Part shown: positions 18,367 through 30,076 of the stretch, one piece after another
Numbering within the stretch: the stretch's first letter is position 1
Layout of the letters: each line of letters opens with the position of its first letter
IMG/VR virus record: IMGVR_UViG_3300007539_009079
Strand: one strand, 5' to 3'
Length of the DNA: 64,000 nt
DNA from: an uncultured virus (IMG/VR IMGVR_UViG_3300007539_009079)
Lineage: Duplodnaviria; Heunggongvirae; Uroviricota; Caudoviricetes
The notes under the pieces: model-generated
What the model saw: only the letters and a program-made list of their open reading frames with translations
The model's database searches: none
Told to the model about the DNA's origin: nothing
Position numbers and translations under genes: made by a program

Positions 18367-18947
18367 TGTCTCAATTTTTTACGAATTATCCCAAAATTAA
18401 TTATAATATCGATAAAGAAAAACCGGTTACTACGGTTAAATCTATCAATTTAATGACCAGAATCAAAATTAAAGAAATAGTAAATTCATATTTTAGTGCC
18501 TACTATCCATATGTTGTAAAAGATTATGAAAGACCAGATACAATATCATATGATTATTATGGAACAGTTAACTTAACTTGGTTAATTTTAATTTCTAATA
18601 ACATTATAGATCCTTTACATGATTGGCCTTTATTTGGAAATAGTTTTAATAATTATATAATAACAAAATATGGTTCGATTCAAGATGCAAGAACTACAAT
18701 TCATCATCATGAAATTGTATTAAGGCCAGAGACAGAATTTTATACTGAAGAAGGAGGATTTACAAAAATTTTGGAAAAAACTGCAATAGTAGATGAAAAA
18801 ACTTATTTGAATTATGGATCGACCACAAGAAAAATTGTTACGAATTATGATTTTGAATTTATACAAAATGAGAAAAAAAGAAATATAATTCTGATAGAAA
18901 GAAATTTTGCACCTCAAATACAAAGAGAAGTTAGGACATTGTTTTAA
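18366..18947 (+). CDS. gp53: Baseplate wedge protein gp53
   Basis: FFTNYPKINY..ERPDTISYDYYG..WLILISNNIIDPLHDWP..KYG..NEKKRNI. Confidence 0.92.
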   Translation: MSQFFTNYPKINYNIDKEKPVTTVKSINLMTRIKIKEIVNSYFSAYYPYVVKDYERPDTISYDYYGTVNLTWLILISNNIIDPLHDWPLFGNSFNNYIITKYGSIQDARTTIHHHEIVLRPETEFYTEEGGFTKILEKTAIVDEKTYLNYGSTTRKIVTNYDFEFIQNEKKRNIILIERNFAPQIQREVRTLF

Positions 18948-18949
18948 AA

Positions 18950-20758
18950 ATGGCAAATCAAATTACAAGTTATACAGATAATTCTCCGAATACAGAACAA
19001 ATTCTTCAAGGAGAATGTGAATTTAAAATATCAATTTTTAATTATAAAGGTGTTGAATTTGAAATTGGTAAATCATTTTTTACAAATTTGAATATTTTTG
19101 AATCTTTATTTGAAGACAATATTGTTAATGGAGACATTACAATTGTTGATTCAGCTGGTTTTGAAGAGAGATTGCCTATTATCGGTCAAGAAAAGATAAA
19201 GATTATTTTTTATAACAAAAGAATACCCGAAAATAGGTTTGAGGCTTCTTTTTTAGTTTACACCATGACAGAAAAAATGATTCGTGACAGAACTCAAATG
19301 TATACATTAAAATTTATATCCGAAGAATTTGTCATTAATTTAAAGCAAAGAGTTTCAAAATCATATAAAGGATTAACATCTTCTGAAATTGTATCCAAAA
19401 TATATGAAGAATATATTGTGAAAAATTTAATGAATTCCGAATATCAAAAACCTTTATTTTACGATAAATTAGGTGATACGGATAATTCATTTTATCTTCA
19501 TCATTTTGTGTTTCCGAGAATTAGACCTTTTCAGGCCATAAATATGGTTGCCAAAAAATCAACTGGCGCAGCAGTTTTTTCTGAAGATTTGGGTTTTAAA
19601 TCAAGTAATTTTGGAAGTTTTGTTTTCTATGAAAATCAACTTGGTTTTTGGTTTAAATCGATAGGAGATTTATTGAATCCTCTGAAGTTAAAATCTAATG
19701 CTGAATATAATAAAAGTGTTGAAGAGATTTTTGAAGAAAAGGGGCAAGATTCACAGGTTTCATCATTAGAGGCTAAGACAAATAAAAATAATATTAATGT
19801 TGAAAAAGAATCTATATCTAGTTCAATGCGTGTACCTATGGCATCTTATGTTATAGTTCCTCAAAATAATTTAGGATATACACTATCAGGAGGAGATGTA
19901 TCAGTACAATCATATAGATTTATTTCAACTTTTGATATTGTCTCAAATATTGTGGGTGGAATGTATGGTTCAAAATTATTAACTTATGATCCAATTACTC
20001 AAACAATAGGTGATACAGTTACTGAAGATTCTAGAATGACAGTTTTAAATTCATTTAGGGGGTTGTCTAATGATATAAAAAAACTTGTAATCAATGATCA
20101 CGGACAAAAAGAATACGAATACAACTATCTTGTAGATTTTTATAATTTTAGGCATATATCAGAGAATCCGAACAAATTAAATTATCCATTGTGCGGACCC
20201 TATCATTATGGTTTAGGCAGCACTGATTCAAATATAAAATATAAAACAACAAATTTTGGTCATTCACAAAGAAATAATATTAATACATTAAGAGGAGTAT
20301 TAACCGGAAACACAAGAAAATTCGCTACTTTTGATAATCAAGTAGAACGATCTATATTGACATCGAATGCGCAAAAAAGAATGATGAAGAATATTGTTGT
20401 TCAAATCAAAGTTTCTGGTGATCAAAATCGTAAAATAGGTGAAATTGTTAGATTAAAACTTCCATCTATGATTTATACAACAGGTCAGGTTAATGATGAG
20501 CATACTTTTTATCAAGGAAATTATTTGATTACAAAAATAAGACACAAAATAAGTTCTGATTCAACTTATGTCACTGAGATGGAATTAGTTAAGGATTCTC
20601 TGTTTACCGCACTAGCATCTCCTGAGGCATACGTAAATTCTATTTTGAAAAATAATACAGATGATGTGCCAGATACTCAGAATCCTTATGGTTCAGGAAA
20701 AAGTCCGAGTGGAGAATTAATAGTTGGTGATAATGGTATGCTTGGAGGAGGTGTGTAA
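18950..20758 (+). CDS. Probable baseplate hub protein (gp27-like)
   Basis: IFESLF..ERLPIIGQEKI..FVFYEN..GNYLITKIRHKI..ELVKDS; lies between gp53 and gp5. Confidence 0.65.
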   Translation: MANQITSYTDNSPNTEQILQGECEFKISIFNYKGVEFEIGKSFFTNLNIFESLFEDNIVNGDITIVDSAGFEERLPIIGQEKIKIIFYNKRIPENRFEASFLVYTMTEKMIRDRTQMYTLKFISEEFVINLKQRVSKSYKGLTSSEIVSKIYEEYIVKNLMNSEYQKPLFYDKLGDTDNSFYLHHFVFPRIRPFQAINMVAKKSTGAAVFSEDLGFKSSNFGSFVFYENQLGFWFKSIGDLLNPLKLKSNAEYNKSVEEIFEEKGQDSQVSSLEAKTNKNNINVEKESISSSMRVPMASYVIVPQNNLGYTLSGGDVSVQSYRFISTFDIVSNIVGGMYGSKLLTYDPITQTIGDTVTEDSRMTVLNSFRGLSNDIKKLVINDHGQKEYEYNYLVDFYNFRHISENPNKLNYPLCGPYHYGLGSTDSNIKYKTTNFGHSQRNNINTLRGVLTGNTRKFATFDNQVERSILTSNAQKRMMKNIVVQIKVSGDQNRKIGEIVRLKLPSMIYTTGQVNDEHTFYQGNYLITKIRHKISSDSTYVTEMELVKDSLFTALASPEAYVNSILKNNTDDVPDTQNPYGSGKSPSGELIVGDNGMLGGGV

Positions 20759-22785
20759 TGGATAGACTCTCAGAAGGATTGCATCATATCGATTCCCAAG
20801 ATTTTATGGGAGTTGGTGATTTTGTTTGGTGGTATGGTGTGGTTGAGGATAGAAAAGATCCCTTATATTTGGGAAGAGTAAAAGTTAGATGCATAGGTTT
20901 TCATACTGATAATAAAGATGATATACCAACTGATGAATTGCCTTGGGCTCAAGTTATTAGTCCTATTACATCGGCAGGTATTTCCGGTATTGGAACAACT
21001 CCTTTAGGCATTATGGAAGGATCTCATGTTTTTGGTTTTTTCAGAGATGGTAGAGAAGGTCAAGAACCAGTAGTGTTGGGTTCTTGTGTCGGTATACCTA
21101 ATAAAGTTGCCAACAGAAATAAAGGATTTTTTGATCCAAGATCATTTAAAGAAAGATCATTAGCACCTTATCCTCCATTTTTTATTGAACGAACATCAGA
21201 TGCTTTACCTGCAACAATTGTTGAATTTGATTCAGATATGGAATCTTATTCATTTAAAGGTTTAAATTCTTTCACAAAAAATGAATGTGTTTTATCGTAC
21301 AAAAAAGATGAAAATTCTGATAAAATTGTAGCATACGTATCAGATAAAGGAGAAGTGGTTAAATCGACTATGCAAATGTATCCATCAAATCCAAATGAAA
21401 ATTTTATGGAATTTGATGAAAGTGGAAATTTAATTTATAGTTTACCATCGACAAATTTTATGTCACATGGTAAAATGAGAATTCATACAAAAACTGATCG
21501 ATTACTGAAAGAAGAAAATTCTGAATCTTTGGAAAAGGAAATGGAAAACACTTTAAATCCTTTTTCACATTTATATAAACCATTGTATGGTGTTGATACA
21601 CATATTGATTCATATAATAATAAATTGCATTCAAATATTCTAACAGGTTTAGAAGATGTTTCATTTTCAGTTCCAAAAATAACAAAATCATCCGAATATC
21701 CATATGATCATATAACTTATACTGAGAGTGGACATATTTTTGAATTGGACGATACTCCTAATAGCGAAAGAGTTAGATTGATGCACAGAAGTTCTAGCTT
21801 TTTAGAATTTCAACCAAATGGTAATAGAATAGATAATGTTGTTGGAGAATATTATTTTATTGGCGATAGTAATCATAAATCACACATTTTAGGCAATGAA
21901 ATAAAAACTGTGGAAGGTAATCAAAATATTTTAATCAATGCACGTGGAGGCGAAACTAATAATATTTTAAAAATAAAAGGAAAAGGCAATTTTAAAATCA
22001 ATTCTGAATTAGGTAATGTTGAAATACAAGCGGGTGAAGAATTAAAATTTAACGCAAAAAGAATAGTGTTTAAACCTCCTGGAAATTATAAACCGGATGA
22101 AGGAGATAGATTAACACAATCATTTGAAAATTATAATTTATCGGTAAAAGACGGTGCGTTTATCAATTTTGATGTAAACGAAAGAATAAAGTTTAAAAGT
22201 AATGGTTCGACAGAAATTAATTCAGGTTCTTTAAAAACAACTATAAGCGGAATGCATAAAGTAACTACAGAAGGAGCATATGAAAAAAGTGTTTATGGAG
22301 AGGCCAACGAAGTTTATTCAGCACCATTAGATGCAAAAACCGAAACGGCTATTTTTGGAAGTTTTTTGACAAAATGTATAAATCCATTAGCAGATATTAA
22401 ATTTCAGCATGGTCCAGAATTTTTTCCTACATCATATTTAAATTTATCGGGAGCATCTGGTTTTGAATATAAAACTTTTTTTGGAAGTGCTGTTTTTAAT
22501 TTAACAGGTTTTCCTTCAAATTTTGAAGTTTTTGCGACAGGTAAAATAGATTTAAATGCTAGTTTGTCGGCAAGATTAAAGAATTTAGGAGCAACCATAG
22601 AATTGTCTGAAATTGGATTGATAAGTATAAAAAATAATGCAACTTCATTAAAAACAATATTAGATAAATTGTTAACTGCTCTAATGGCAATGACACATCC
22701 TACGGGTACAGGTCCTAGTGGACCTGCGATTAATATGGCAGATTTTACCGCCATACAATCTGAATTACAAACATTAATGTTTTAG
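20758..22785 (+). CDS. gp5: Baseplate central spike gp5 without a lysozyme domain
   Basis: WWYGVVEDRKDPLYLGRVKVRCIGFH..LPWA..VFGFFRDG (OB fold); YPY..TESGHIFELDDTP..ER; beta-helix-like C-terminus. Confidence 0.9.
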   Translation: MDRLSEGLHHIDSQDFMGVGDFVWWYGVVEDRKDPLYLGRVKVRCIGFHTDNKDDIPTDELPWAQVISPITSAGISGIGTTPLGIMEGSHVFGFFRDGREGQEPVVLGSCVGIPNKVANRNKGFFDPRSFKERSLAPYPPFFIERTSDALPATIVEFDSDMESYSFKGLNSFTKNECVLSYKKDENSDKIVAYVSDKGEVVKSTMQMYPSNPNENFMEFDESGNLIYSLPSTNFMSHGKMRIHTKTDRLLKEENSESLEKEMENTLNPFSHLYKPLYGVDTHIDSYNNKLHSNILTGLEDVSFSVPKITKSSEYPYDHITYTESGHIFELDDTPNSERVRLMHRSSSFLEFQPNGNRIDNVVGEYYFIGDSNHKSHILGNEIKTVEGNQNILINARGGETNNILKIKGKGNFKINSELGNVEIQAGEELKFNAKRIVFKPPGNYKPDEGDRLTQSFENYNLSVKDGAFINFDVNERIKFKSNGSTEINSGSLKTTISGMHKVTTEGAYEKSVYGEANEVYSAPLDAKTETAIFGSFLTKCINPLADIKFQHGPEFFPTSYLNLSGASGFEYKTFFGSAVFNLTGFPSNFEVFATGKIDLNASLSARLKNLGATIELSEIGLISIKNNATSLKTILDKLLTALMAMTHPTGTGPSGPAINMADFTAIQSELQTLMF

Positions 22786-22792
22786 ATTAAAA

Positions 22793-22966
22793 ATGGAAGA
22801 TAAAAAAGAAGAAACTAATTATTTTAAAAATGAAACGATTTATAATAATGCTTTAATAGAATTATTTGAAAAAACTTTAGAAATGAATAAACAAATAATA
22901 TCTGTTATTCATGAACAAAAAAAATTGTTAGAAGAGGCAAAGAAAAATGGCACTCCAACCAGATAG
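22793..22966 (+). CDS. Small coiled-coil hypothetical protein (57 aa; not in the ORF track)
   Basis: MEDKKEETNYFKNETIYNNALIELFEKTLEMNKQIISVIHEQKKLLEEAKKNGTPTR fills the gap between gp5 and the next gene. Confidence 0.65.
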   Translation: MEDKKEETNYFKNETIYNNALIELFEKTLEMNKQIISVIHEQKKLLEEAKKNGTPTR

Positions 22967-25900
22967 TACGGGTGGAAATTTTCAACAGGTAAATAATTTA
23001 TTTGCTGCAGAAGGTCCTGTAACGACATTTGTTCAAAATGTTTATGAATTTTCTGATAATTTATCTGATACCATAAATGATATTATATCTTTTTTAAATG
23101 TTGCTGCTGTTTTTTTAAAGGCACTAAAAAGTCCTATTGAAATATTATTGATACCTTTGTTGAACAGTTTTCAAAGTTATTTGGAAGATTTGAAAAACAT
23201 AGGTGCTGGAGTTTTAACAGTATGGCCATGGGAGTGTGGAACGAATCCTACTCCTATAAATTTTGATCAATTATTGAGCGGATTGAAAAAATTTGAATCA
23301 TATTATTTCAGTGATAACAATTCATTATCAACATCATTAGATGCATCATCATCAATACTTGCAAATTCTCTCAATTCAATAAAATCTAATTTGGTAGACT
23401 CTGAAACTGATATAAGTCAATCAACAATTAAAAATAAAGAAAATGTATTAGAGGCATATAATAGTGTTAAGAATTTTTTAGATCCTGATAGTTCTTATTG
23501 GGAAGATTCGACAATAGGAGATGCCTTAAAAGTTATTAGAACATTTTTAAATAAACGTGAATTGACTCCTGAACAGGTAATTGACATAATTAATTCATCT
23601 TTTGATGATATTAATGACTCGCAGAGACCTAAGGGCAAAGGTGATTATGTTGCTTTTGTGCTATTAGCAGCATTGCCTTCTTTTAGCGGAATAAATCAAG
23701 TTATCACGCAATTCGGTAATTTTTTTGGTGGTGTGTTTGATACGGTAACACCAGAAGGTAAATTAATTGCGGAAAAAGAAGCAAACATTGTCAGAATAAA
23801 TCTTGGCAATCCTGTCATACCGAGAAATACTAAAACAAAAACAGACAAATATTTTTTCAATGATACTATTTTAAGAGATGGTATTCCAGATGGTGTTTAT
23901 AAACCCGAGAATAATGTGATACCAATGTTTAAACCTGGAGATTTAATAGTACAAACACAGGAATCCATATTTAGCAGCAGTTTTTCTGCAATTGTGGACG
24001 AACATTTACCTATTAAAATTAAAAATGGAAAAGTGATACAAAATGTTGTTCGTGTCAGAGATGCAAGTGGAGAACTTTTAAAATCCCATTCTACGAAAAA
24101 AAATTCAAACCCCGGAACTGTTCGATTAAATACAAATGGTTTAGATCCTTTAAAATCACCAATGTTTTTACCGGCAACAAATTCATATACTGATTTTGAA
24201 GTTGGACCATATTCGACTATAATTGCAACAATGGAGGAAGGTAGTACTGAATTAAAAGATGTTTTTCCTAATGTCAAAGAGATAAAAAAATTAAAAATTC
24301 TGGCAAAAGCAGGACAAAACATTTATCAATTAGATCCTTCTGAATATAGTAATGAAGTTGTAAGCACAATGGTAAAATTTGTATCAACTTTATCTGCCGG
24401 TAAAATGATATCTCATCCATTTCTCAAGAGTTTAGATGGAGCATATTCTGATGATGGAGGAATATCCACCAGTGCAGCATTGAAGTTTTTGCCTAGTATT
24501 GGATTAAATCATAATATTAGTCAGATTTTTATAGAAAATACTGAGACCGGTCAAATTTCAGAATTAAAAGGTGCCAAAATTGATCGACAACTTTTTAGGT
24601 TTTCTGAGGAAGATGATGAAAAAAAGAATACAAATGAAAAAATAATAGGAATGAATCGCATTATTTTAAAAATAGGTAGACTTTTAAGTGATGGTTCGAT
24701 AGATGATTCCTCTTCATTTTTAGGAGCTGCAGTATCTCCACCAGGTAAGGTAAATTTTTTCGATTTTGCTGAAACTTTAAGTGATGGTAGAGCAAATCCT
24801 GCAATTCAACTATTGGGTGTTAATAGTACAACTCCTCCAAATTGGAAATTTTTTACAATCAATGAATTTCTACCAATTTACGGAGATATGATAGATTATA
24901 TTGTGGGTATAATTAAAACAGCAAAATCTTGGTTAAAAACCTCAGATGATTTGCTTGAAGAAGCGATAAGGTTTCTAACAGATTTTGCTGAATGGTTGGA
25001 TGAAATTAATCAAAAAATATTGACAGCATTACAATTTTTAACACAAGGATTAAATGCTGCAGGTATATACACATTATCCCTAAGTGGAAGTGGTGGACCA
25101 AGAAATTTTAAGAAAAAATTAAAAGACGCAAAATTTGTCCAAACTAGAGCAAATCCTTTTCCTAGTATGGAACTTCAAACAGTAAAAAAAACATCAACAA
25201 TAATAAATCCTATAACTGGTATACCTGATATAGTTACTACAAATACTTTAAAACCTGTTTTAGTTCCTCCTGATGCGCCGAGCAGTTCTCCAAAAATTTT
25301 AAGTGCTAGTGATTTAAATGGTTTGAAGTACAGTTTAGCGGTTGTTTTTTATGCTCAAGGAGACGATTCTAAGGGGTTGAGTAGATTTTTAGATAATTTC
25401 TCTATGACACAAACCTTTTTGAATAGTTTAGTTGGTAACCTTACAGGTTCTGAAACACTTGCCGAAAAAATAACACCTTATGTTTATGATATTCAATTAA
25501 TAGATGGAGAACAAGATCCCCAAGGAGCGGAAAATGCTACAGTTTCTTCAAATTTTAAGATGAGAGTTATTTTTACTAATGATGCGCATGAACTCACTGA
25601 TGAAGAACAAAATGCATTGACGGCAATACAAGGTAGAAATGTCGATTTGACACCAAGAGTAAATACTACGTCTTTACATTTATCCGAAGAAGATAATAGA
25701 ACAGGTAAAGCAGAATTTACCTTAAAAAAAGGCGATGACTTTGTTCTTTTAAAAAATCCTCCATCGGTCAGTTACTCAGAAGGTAGTGGAGGTAGACAAT
25801 TTTTCAATATTGATTTTGAACCTTTAGAACAAATACCTCCAACGGGTCCCGGTGAACCTAGCTATTCATTTTCTTCAGTAAATGCAGATTTATATAGTGC

Positions 25901-25994
25901 TGAAAGAATGAAGATAAAACCTAGTAGAGGTAAAAAATTAAATTCAGGTTTTAAAGTTTTACAAACTACTGTATTAGATGTGGAAATAAATTAA
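22947..25994 (+). CDS. Large hypothetical virion/baseplate-associated protein
   Basis: 1015 aa within the baseplate operon; amphipathic helical segments near both ends. Confidence 0.6.
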   Translation: MALQPDSTGGNFQQVNNLFAAEGPVTTFVQNVYEFSDNLSDTINDIISFLNVAAVFLKALKSPIEILLIPLLNSFQSYLEDLKNIGAGVLTVWPWECGTNPTPINFDQLLSGLKKFESYYFSDNNSLSTSLDASSSILANSLNSIKSNLVDSETDISQSTIKNKENVLEAYNSVKNFLDPDSSYWEDSTIGDALKVIRTFLNKRELTPEQVIDIINSSFDDINDSQRPKGKGDYVAFVLLAALPSFSGINQVITQFGNFFGGVFDTVTPEGKLIAEKEANIVRINLGNPVIPRNTKTKTDKYFFNDTILRDGIPDGVYKPENNVIPMFKPGDLIVQTQESIFSSSFSAIVDEHLPIKIKNGKVIQNVVRVRDASGELLKSHSTKKNSNPGTVRLNTNGLDPLKSPMFLPATNSYTDFEVGPYSTIIATMEEGSTELKDVFPNVKEIKKLKILAKAGQNIYQLDPSEYSNEVVSTMVKFVSTLSAGKMISHPFLKSLDGAYSDDGGISTSAALKFLPSIGLNHNISQIFIENTETGQISELKGAKIDRQLFRFSEEDDEKKNTNEKIIGMNRIILKIGRLLSDGSIDDSSSFLGAAVSPPGKVNFFDFAETLSDGRANPAIQLLGVNSTTPPNWKFFTINEFLPIYGDMIDYIVGIIKTAKSWLKTSDDLLEEAIRFLTDFAEWLDEINQKILTALQFLTQGLNAAGIYTLSLSGSGGPRNFKKKLKDAKFVQTRANPFPSMELQTVKKTSTIINPITGIPDIVTTNTLKPVLVPPDAPSSSPKILSASDLNGLKYSLAVVFYAQGDDSKGLSRFLDNFSMTQTFLNSLVGNLTGSETLAEKITPYVYDIQLIDGEQDPQGAENATVSSNFKMRVIFTNDAHELTDEEQNALTAIQGRNVDLTPRVNTTSLHLSEEDNRTGKAEFTLKKGDDFVLLKNPPSVSYSEGSGGRQFFNIDFEPLEQIPPTGPGEPSYSFSSVNADLYSAERMKIKPSRGKKLNSGFKVLQTTVLDVEIN

Positions 25995-28900
25995 TGCCAT
26001 ATAATAGAACAGAAAAAATAACAAAAAAAAATGATGATGGCACAGAATCAATCGTTGCGTTTGATTACAGTGCAGATACTACAAAATTTTCAGACATTGA
26101 CCTAAAAGATAAAGTTATTTTTGTTCCGATTGATTCTAATTTTGATGTTTCATTTACGAGAAATATAGTTGCTAATAGTGTTACATTTTCTACGGATGAT
26201 AATAAAATAAAAGGATCTATACAATTAACACATATTGTTTTTTCAGCAGCGTCTGGCGAAAATAATTCGTTGCTTTCATTGAAGAATTCTGCAAAACCAT
26301 CAATCATTAGTGAATCAACAGCATCGGATTTTTATTCTGATGATGTTGTTATGATGAGTACTTCTTCAACGTCTAGTTCAGAACAAGTAACTTTAATTCC
26401 AAAAACAAACTTATCATCTAATACTGTATACTATCTTAATTTATCGGCCGAGAGTATATTGGATTCATTTGATAAACAAATATCATTTGAAGTCGGTAAT
26501 GGTTTTATGACAGATAATTCAAGAAGTTTTTATCTTACCGATGATGGATTATACAACGGATTTTATGTCTCTACAACCGATAGTGAAAATTTTACATTGG
26601 ATCTTTTAGGGTTAAGAGAGACATATAACAAGAACAAAGTTGTTTTACAGGACAAAGAGATTAATGGTGTAATTACCAGGGTGCAAGTAACACTAACAGA
26701 AGAAGAATATTTAGACATAAATTTAGAATCTTATAGAGAAAATTTTGAAGTAGGAGACAATTTTTATATTCATCGTAGCACAGATAAATCTGAAAATTTT
26801 AATCTCAACAAATCTATTTTTGGAACAATTTCAAAAATTAATAACGATAAAATTTACATAAATTTAGATTATTCTTGTTATAGAATGAACTTATCTTATA
26901 CCGCAGATGGCACATTAACCGAAATCACAACGGTTAATAATCATAATTTGCAAGATGGTGATATGATTTTGATTTATGATATAGTGAGTGGAGATTTAGG
27001 TGAAGGCAAATATTTTATTACAAAAAAAACAGATAAAAAATTTACAATTAATAAAAATATATCTACGTTAAGAGATGGTAGATTAAATTATGTTCCAATT
27101 TTAGCAAAAAATCAACAAATAATTAATTTTAAAAATTTAGAAGAACCTGAAAAAATAAAAGTCTCCAAAAAGAAAATTATTGTTAATCAGGCTTATAATC
27201 GATTTAGTGCGAGTGAACTTTTATATAAAAATTTTAATGCGATTCAATATGCAAATCCTTCAGGTGGTCAATCTTTATCTCCTGTCTCCGATTATATGAA
27301 AGGTTTTTTAGTTAATGTTGATGATGATAATGATAGAATTTTGAATTATGTTGCGGTTGATAGTGAAAATAAAATAATATCAGATAATTTTTCTAATAAT
27401 TCTATCATAGAATTTATTTCAGATGATAATGAAAAAATTGTTGGACATATAAAGGCGAATACCTATCCGACACAAAATACTCATCCTTTTAACACATCAG
27501 CACCTAAAGTAACAGGATTTTATCCCGAAGAAGGTAAATCATCAACGAATAAAATCAAAATAGTTGAAGTCAATAGGACTGATAATTTACTCACGATAAC
27601 AACAAATATCAAACATACACTATTAGCAGGTGATAAAATTTATGTCGAAGGTAAATTAGACACAATTTTTACTGGATTTTTTACAGTTTCTAGTGTTGTG
27701 GATGAATTTAATTTTAAGTGCATTATAACAAAAACAATTACAGAAAATTCACCGGTTTTAAGTTCACAAAAATTCAAACTATTATTTTTCAATAGTTTAT
27801 TGGAAGATAGTAGTGAAAATTTAGAAAATGTTGATAACTATTTTGAAAAAAATGCCATATTTCAAGTCAACTTTTCTCAATCTTTAAACACATCAAGTGT
27901 TTCAGTTTCAAATTCAACACACTTACTATATGCCAATGGCAGCAATATTTTATTATCACAAAATTTAAATAAAACTAATAGCACTATACAATTATCAAAA
28001 TCAAATATTTTTGATGAAACAACATTAATAGATTTTGATAGTATTACTTCAAATACGGGTAATGCAGAATTTACATTATTTCCTACTGTATTAGATAGAT
28101 TTACCTCATATTATTTAAAAATAAAAAACCAAATAAAAGATTTGGGCGGAACTTATGTCTCTGATGATTATGTTACAACAAAACCTATTACAACTGGTTT
28201 TAGGCCTACGGATAATGAAAATTCATCGGATGAACCCATAGAAGTTCCAATTTATGATTTAGACACAACTCAACCAAATGTTAGAAAAATATATTTTACA
28301 AATAATGATGAAAATAGTCAATTGAATAATATAATATTAGATAGTACAACCTATTCACAAATTTCTGATCCATTAGATTATGAAAATGTTGAGGTTGATT
28401 TAAATCAAGAATCTTTTGTAGTTTTGTTTGATGAAACAATAGATCCTACAACGGTGTTTGTGAATACCGAATCGACAGAACCTTTTGGATCTATACAATT
28501 ATCTTGTGACGATTTTAATACTGTGGTACAAATGAATGCTCCTATTGTATCAACTACGATAAATGAAAGTGATACATATACATTTAGTCCAGTTGCAAAT
28601 TTATCATCAAATTCTACTTATAAATTAAAAATAACTAAAAGTGTAGGAGATAATGCTTTAAATAAAAATTATCTGGAATTTGAAAATATTTCTAATATTC
28701 GATCACTAGTTTTAGCGGCAATACCAAGTGATACTAGTAAGTATTTTACTGCCGGAGAAACGATTAGAGGAACTAGACGGCTGCAAGTTAGAACATCTTT
28801 AAATTTACCAAATCAAACATTTATTATTTCAGGATTAGAATCAGGAAAAGTTTTTTATGGATTTAACAGTGGAGCGAGAGGACAAGTTTACAATTATCAA

Positions 28901-30064
28901 TTAGACGATCAAAATAATTTATTATATATTGATTATACCCCATTAGAAACCGAAAAATATATTGTTGATTTTAAACCCGGAGAAATTTGTGGTTTCGAAG
29001 AAGATGATGAGACCTATAGATTTTCTATAGAGTATGTTGCTATCTCAACAGCTCCAGAAGGAACTGTAATTAAATTTATAGAAAATGAAAGCAGATTAAT
29101 CTATAGAGAAAAAAATTACTTATATCCTTTCAATAAATCTAACGATAGAATTTATGGATATAAAAATAAAGGAATTGCTAGAACTGATACTCCATCGGAA
29201 CCTGTTATTGCAGGCATTAAAACAACAACGTCAAATAATGTTGTTAGATTTCTCGCATTAGATGTTAATGAAAATGAAATATCAAATCAGACAGAAAATG
29301 TCATTGATATTTCTCCTACAAGTAAATTTATATTTGATTTTGATCAAACAATGAATTTGCAATCATTTATCTTTAGTACCGATAGTACCATAACCAAAAA
29401 TGATGACAATATAATAGTATCTTATGATTCAAATTTTTCAAATTGTATTCCATTAAAATTCAGTTATGAAAAATCTAATAATGATACTACATTTAAATTT
29501 ACTCCAGAATTATATCAAAGAGGATATCAATTGTCTCAAAATAGTGTAATACATTTTGGAGTGCGTGAAGGTGCAAAAACTAAGGGAAGCACTATACCAG
29601 TTACGATTTCAGGAACTTCAGGAATATCAGGCACAGTTTTAAAATATCCTTACAATTTTAAAATTGCCACGACAAATGATTTTAAGATTTTAAAAGTTTT
29701 AATACATCAATCGGGTTCAATGTTAGAATTATTGGAATATGATTCACAACAAGATAACAGTTTAACAAATATATTGAATAGTACAACCATTCAAATTATT
29801 TTCAACGAAGAGGTGTCTGCATCAAGTTTAACCATAGGACAAAATAATTCCATAGAATTATCAACAGATTCGACTTTTTCATCTAATTTCGTAACTGGAA
29901 GTGTGAAAATTTACGATGACCATAGAAATAGAATAATTTTTACACCAACAACAGTATTTTCTAATTTGACCGAGTATTATCTAAGAATAAATAATACTGT
30001 AGAAAATCCTTTTGGTGTACAATTAGATAAAAATTATACATATGCAAAATTTACAATAGAATAA
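25994..30064 (+). CDS. Large virion protein with multiple Ig-like repeats
   Basis: 1356 aa; about five repeats of F..S(I/T)QL...P..NL..N..Y.L.I, plus T..H.L..GD modules. Confidence 0.65.
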   Translation: MPYNRTEKITKKNDDGTESIVAFDYSADTTKFSDIDLKDKVIFVPIDSNFDVSFTRNIVANSVTFSTDDNKIKGSIQLTHIVFSAASGENNSLLSLKNSAKPSIISESTASDFYSDDVVMMSTSSTSSSEQVTLIPKTNLSSNTVYYLNLSAESILDSFDKQISFEVGNGFMTDNSRSFYLTDDGLYNGFYVSTTDSENFTLDLLGLRETYNKNKVVLQDKEINGVITRVQVTLTEEEYLDINLESYRENFEVGDNFYIHRSTDKSENFNLNKSIFGTISKINNDKIYINLDYSCYRMNLSYTADGTLTEITTVNNHNLQDGDMILIYDIVSGDLGEGKYFITKKTDKKFTINKNISTLRDGRLNYVPILAKNQQIINFKNLEEPEKIKVSKKKIIVNQAYNRFSASELLYKNFNAIQYANPSGGQSLSPVSDYMKGFLVNVDDDNDRILNYVAVDSENKIISDNFSNNSIIEFISDDNEKIVGHIKANTYPTQNTHPFNTSAPKVTGFYPEEGKSSTNKIKIVEVNRTDNLLTITTNIKHTLLAGDKIYVEGKLDTIFTGFFTVSSVVDEFNFKCIITKTITENSPVLSSQKFKLLFFNSLLEDSSENLENVDNYFEKNAIFQVNFSQSLNTSSVSVSNSTHLLYANGSNILLSQNLNKTNSTIQLSKSNIFDETTLIDFDSITSNTGNAEFTLFPTVLDRFTSYYLKIKNQIKDLGGTYVSDDYVTTKPITTGFRPTDNENSSDEPIEVPIYDLDTTQPNVRKIYFTNNDENSQLNNIILDSTTYSQISDPLDYENVEVDLNQESFVVLFDETIDPTTVFVNTESTEPFGSIQLSCDDFNTVVQMNAPIVSTTINESDTYTFSPVANLSSNSTYKLKITKSVGDNALNKNYLEFENISNIRSLVLAAIPSDTSKYFTAGETIRGTRRLQVRTSLNLPNQTFIISGLESGKVFYGFNSGARGQVYNYQLDDQNNLLYIDYTPLETEKYIVDFKPGEICGFEEDDETYRFSIEYVAISTAPEGTVIKFIENESRLIYREKNYLYPFNKSNDRIYGYKNKGIARTDTPSEPVIAGIKTTTSNNVVRFLALDVNENEISNQTENVIDISPTSKFIFDFDQTMNLQSFIFSTDSTITKNDDNIIVSYDSNFSNCIPLKFSYEKSNNDTTFKFTPELYQRGYQLSQNSVIHFGVREGAKTKGSTIPVTISGTSGISGTVLKYPYNFKIATTNDFKILKVLIHQSGSMLELLEYDSQQDNSLTNILNSTTIQIIFNEEVSASSLTIGQNNSIELSTDSTFSSNFVTGSVKIYDDHRNRIIFTPTTVFSNLTEYYLRINNTVENPFGVQLDKNYTYAKFTIE

Positions 30065-30076
30065 GAAAGAATAATC

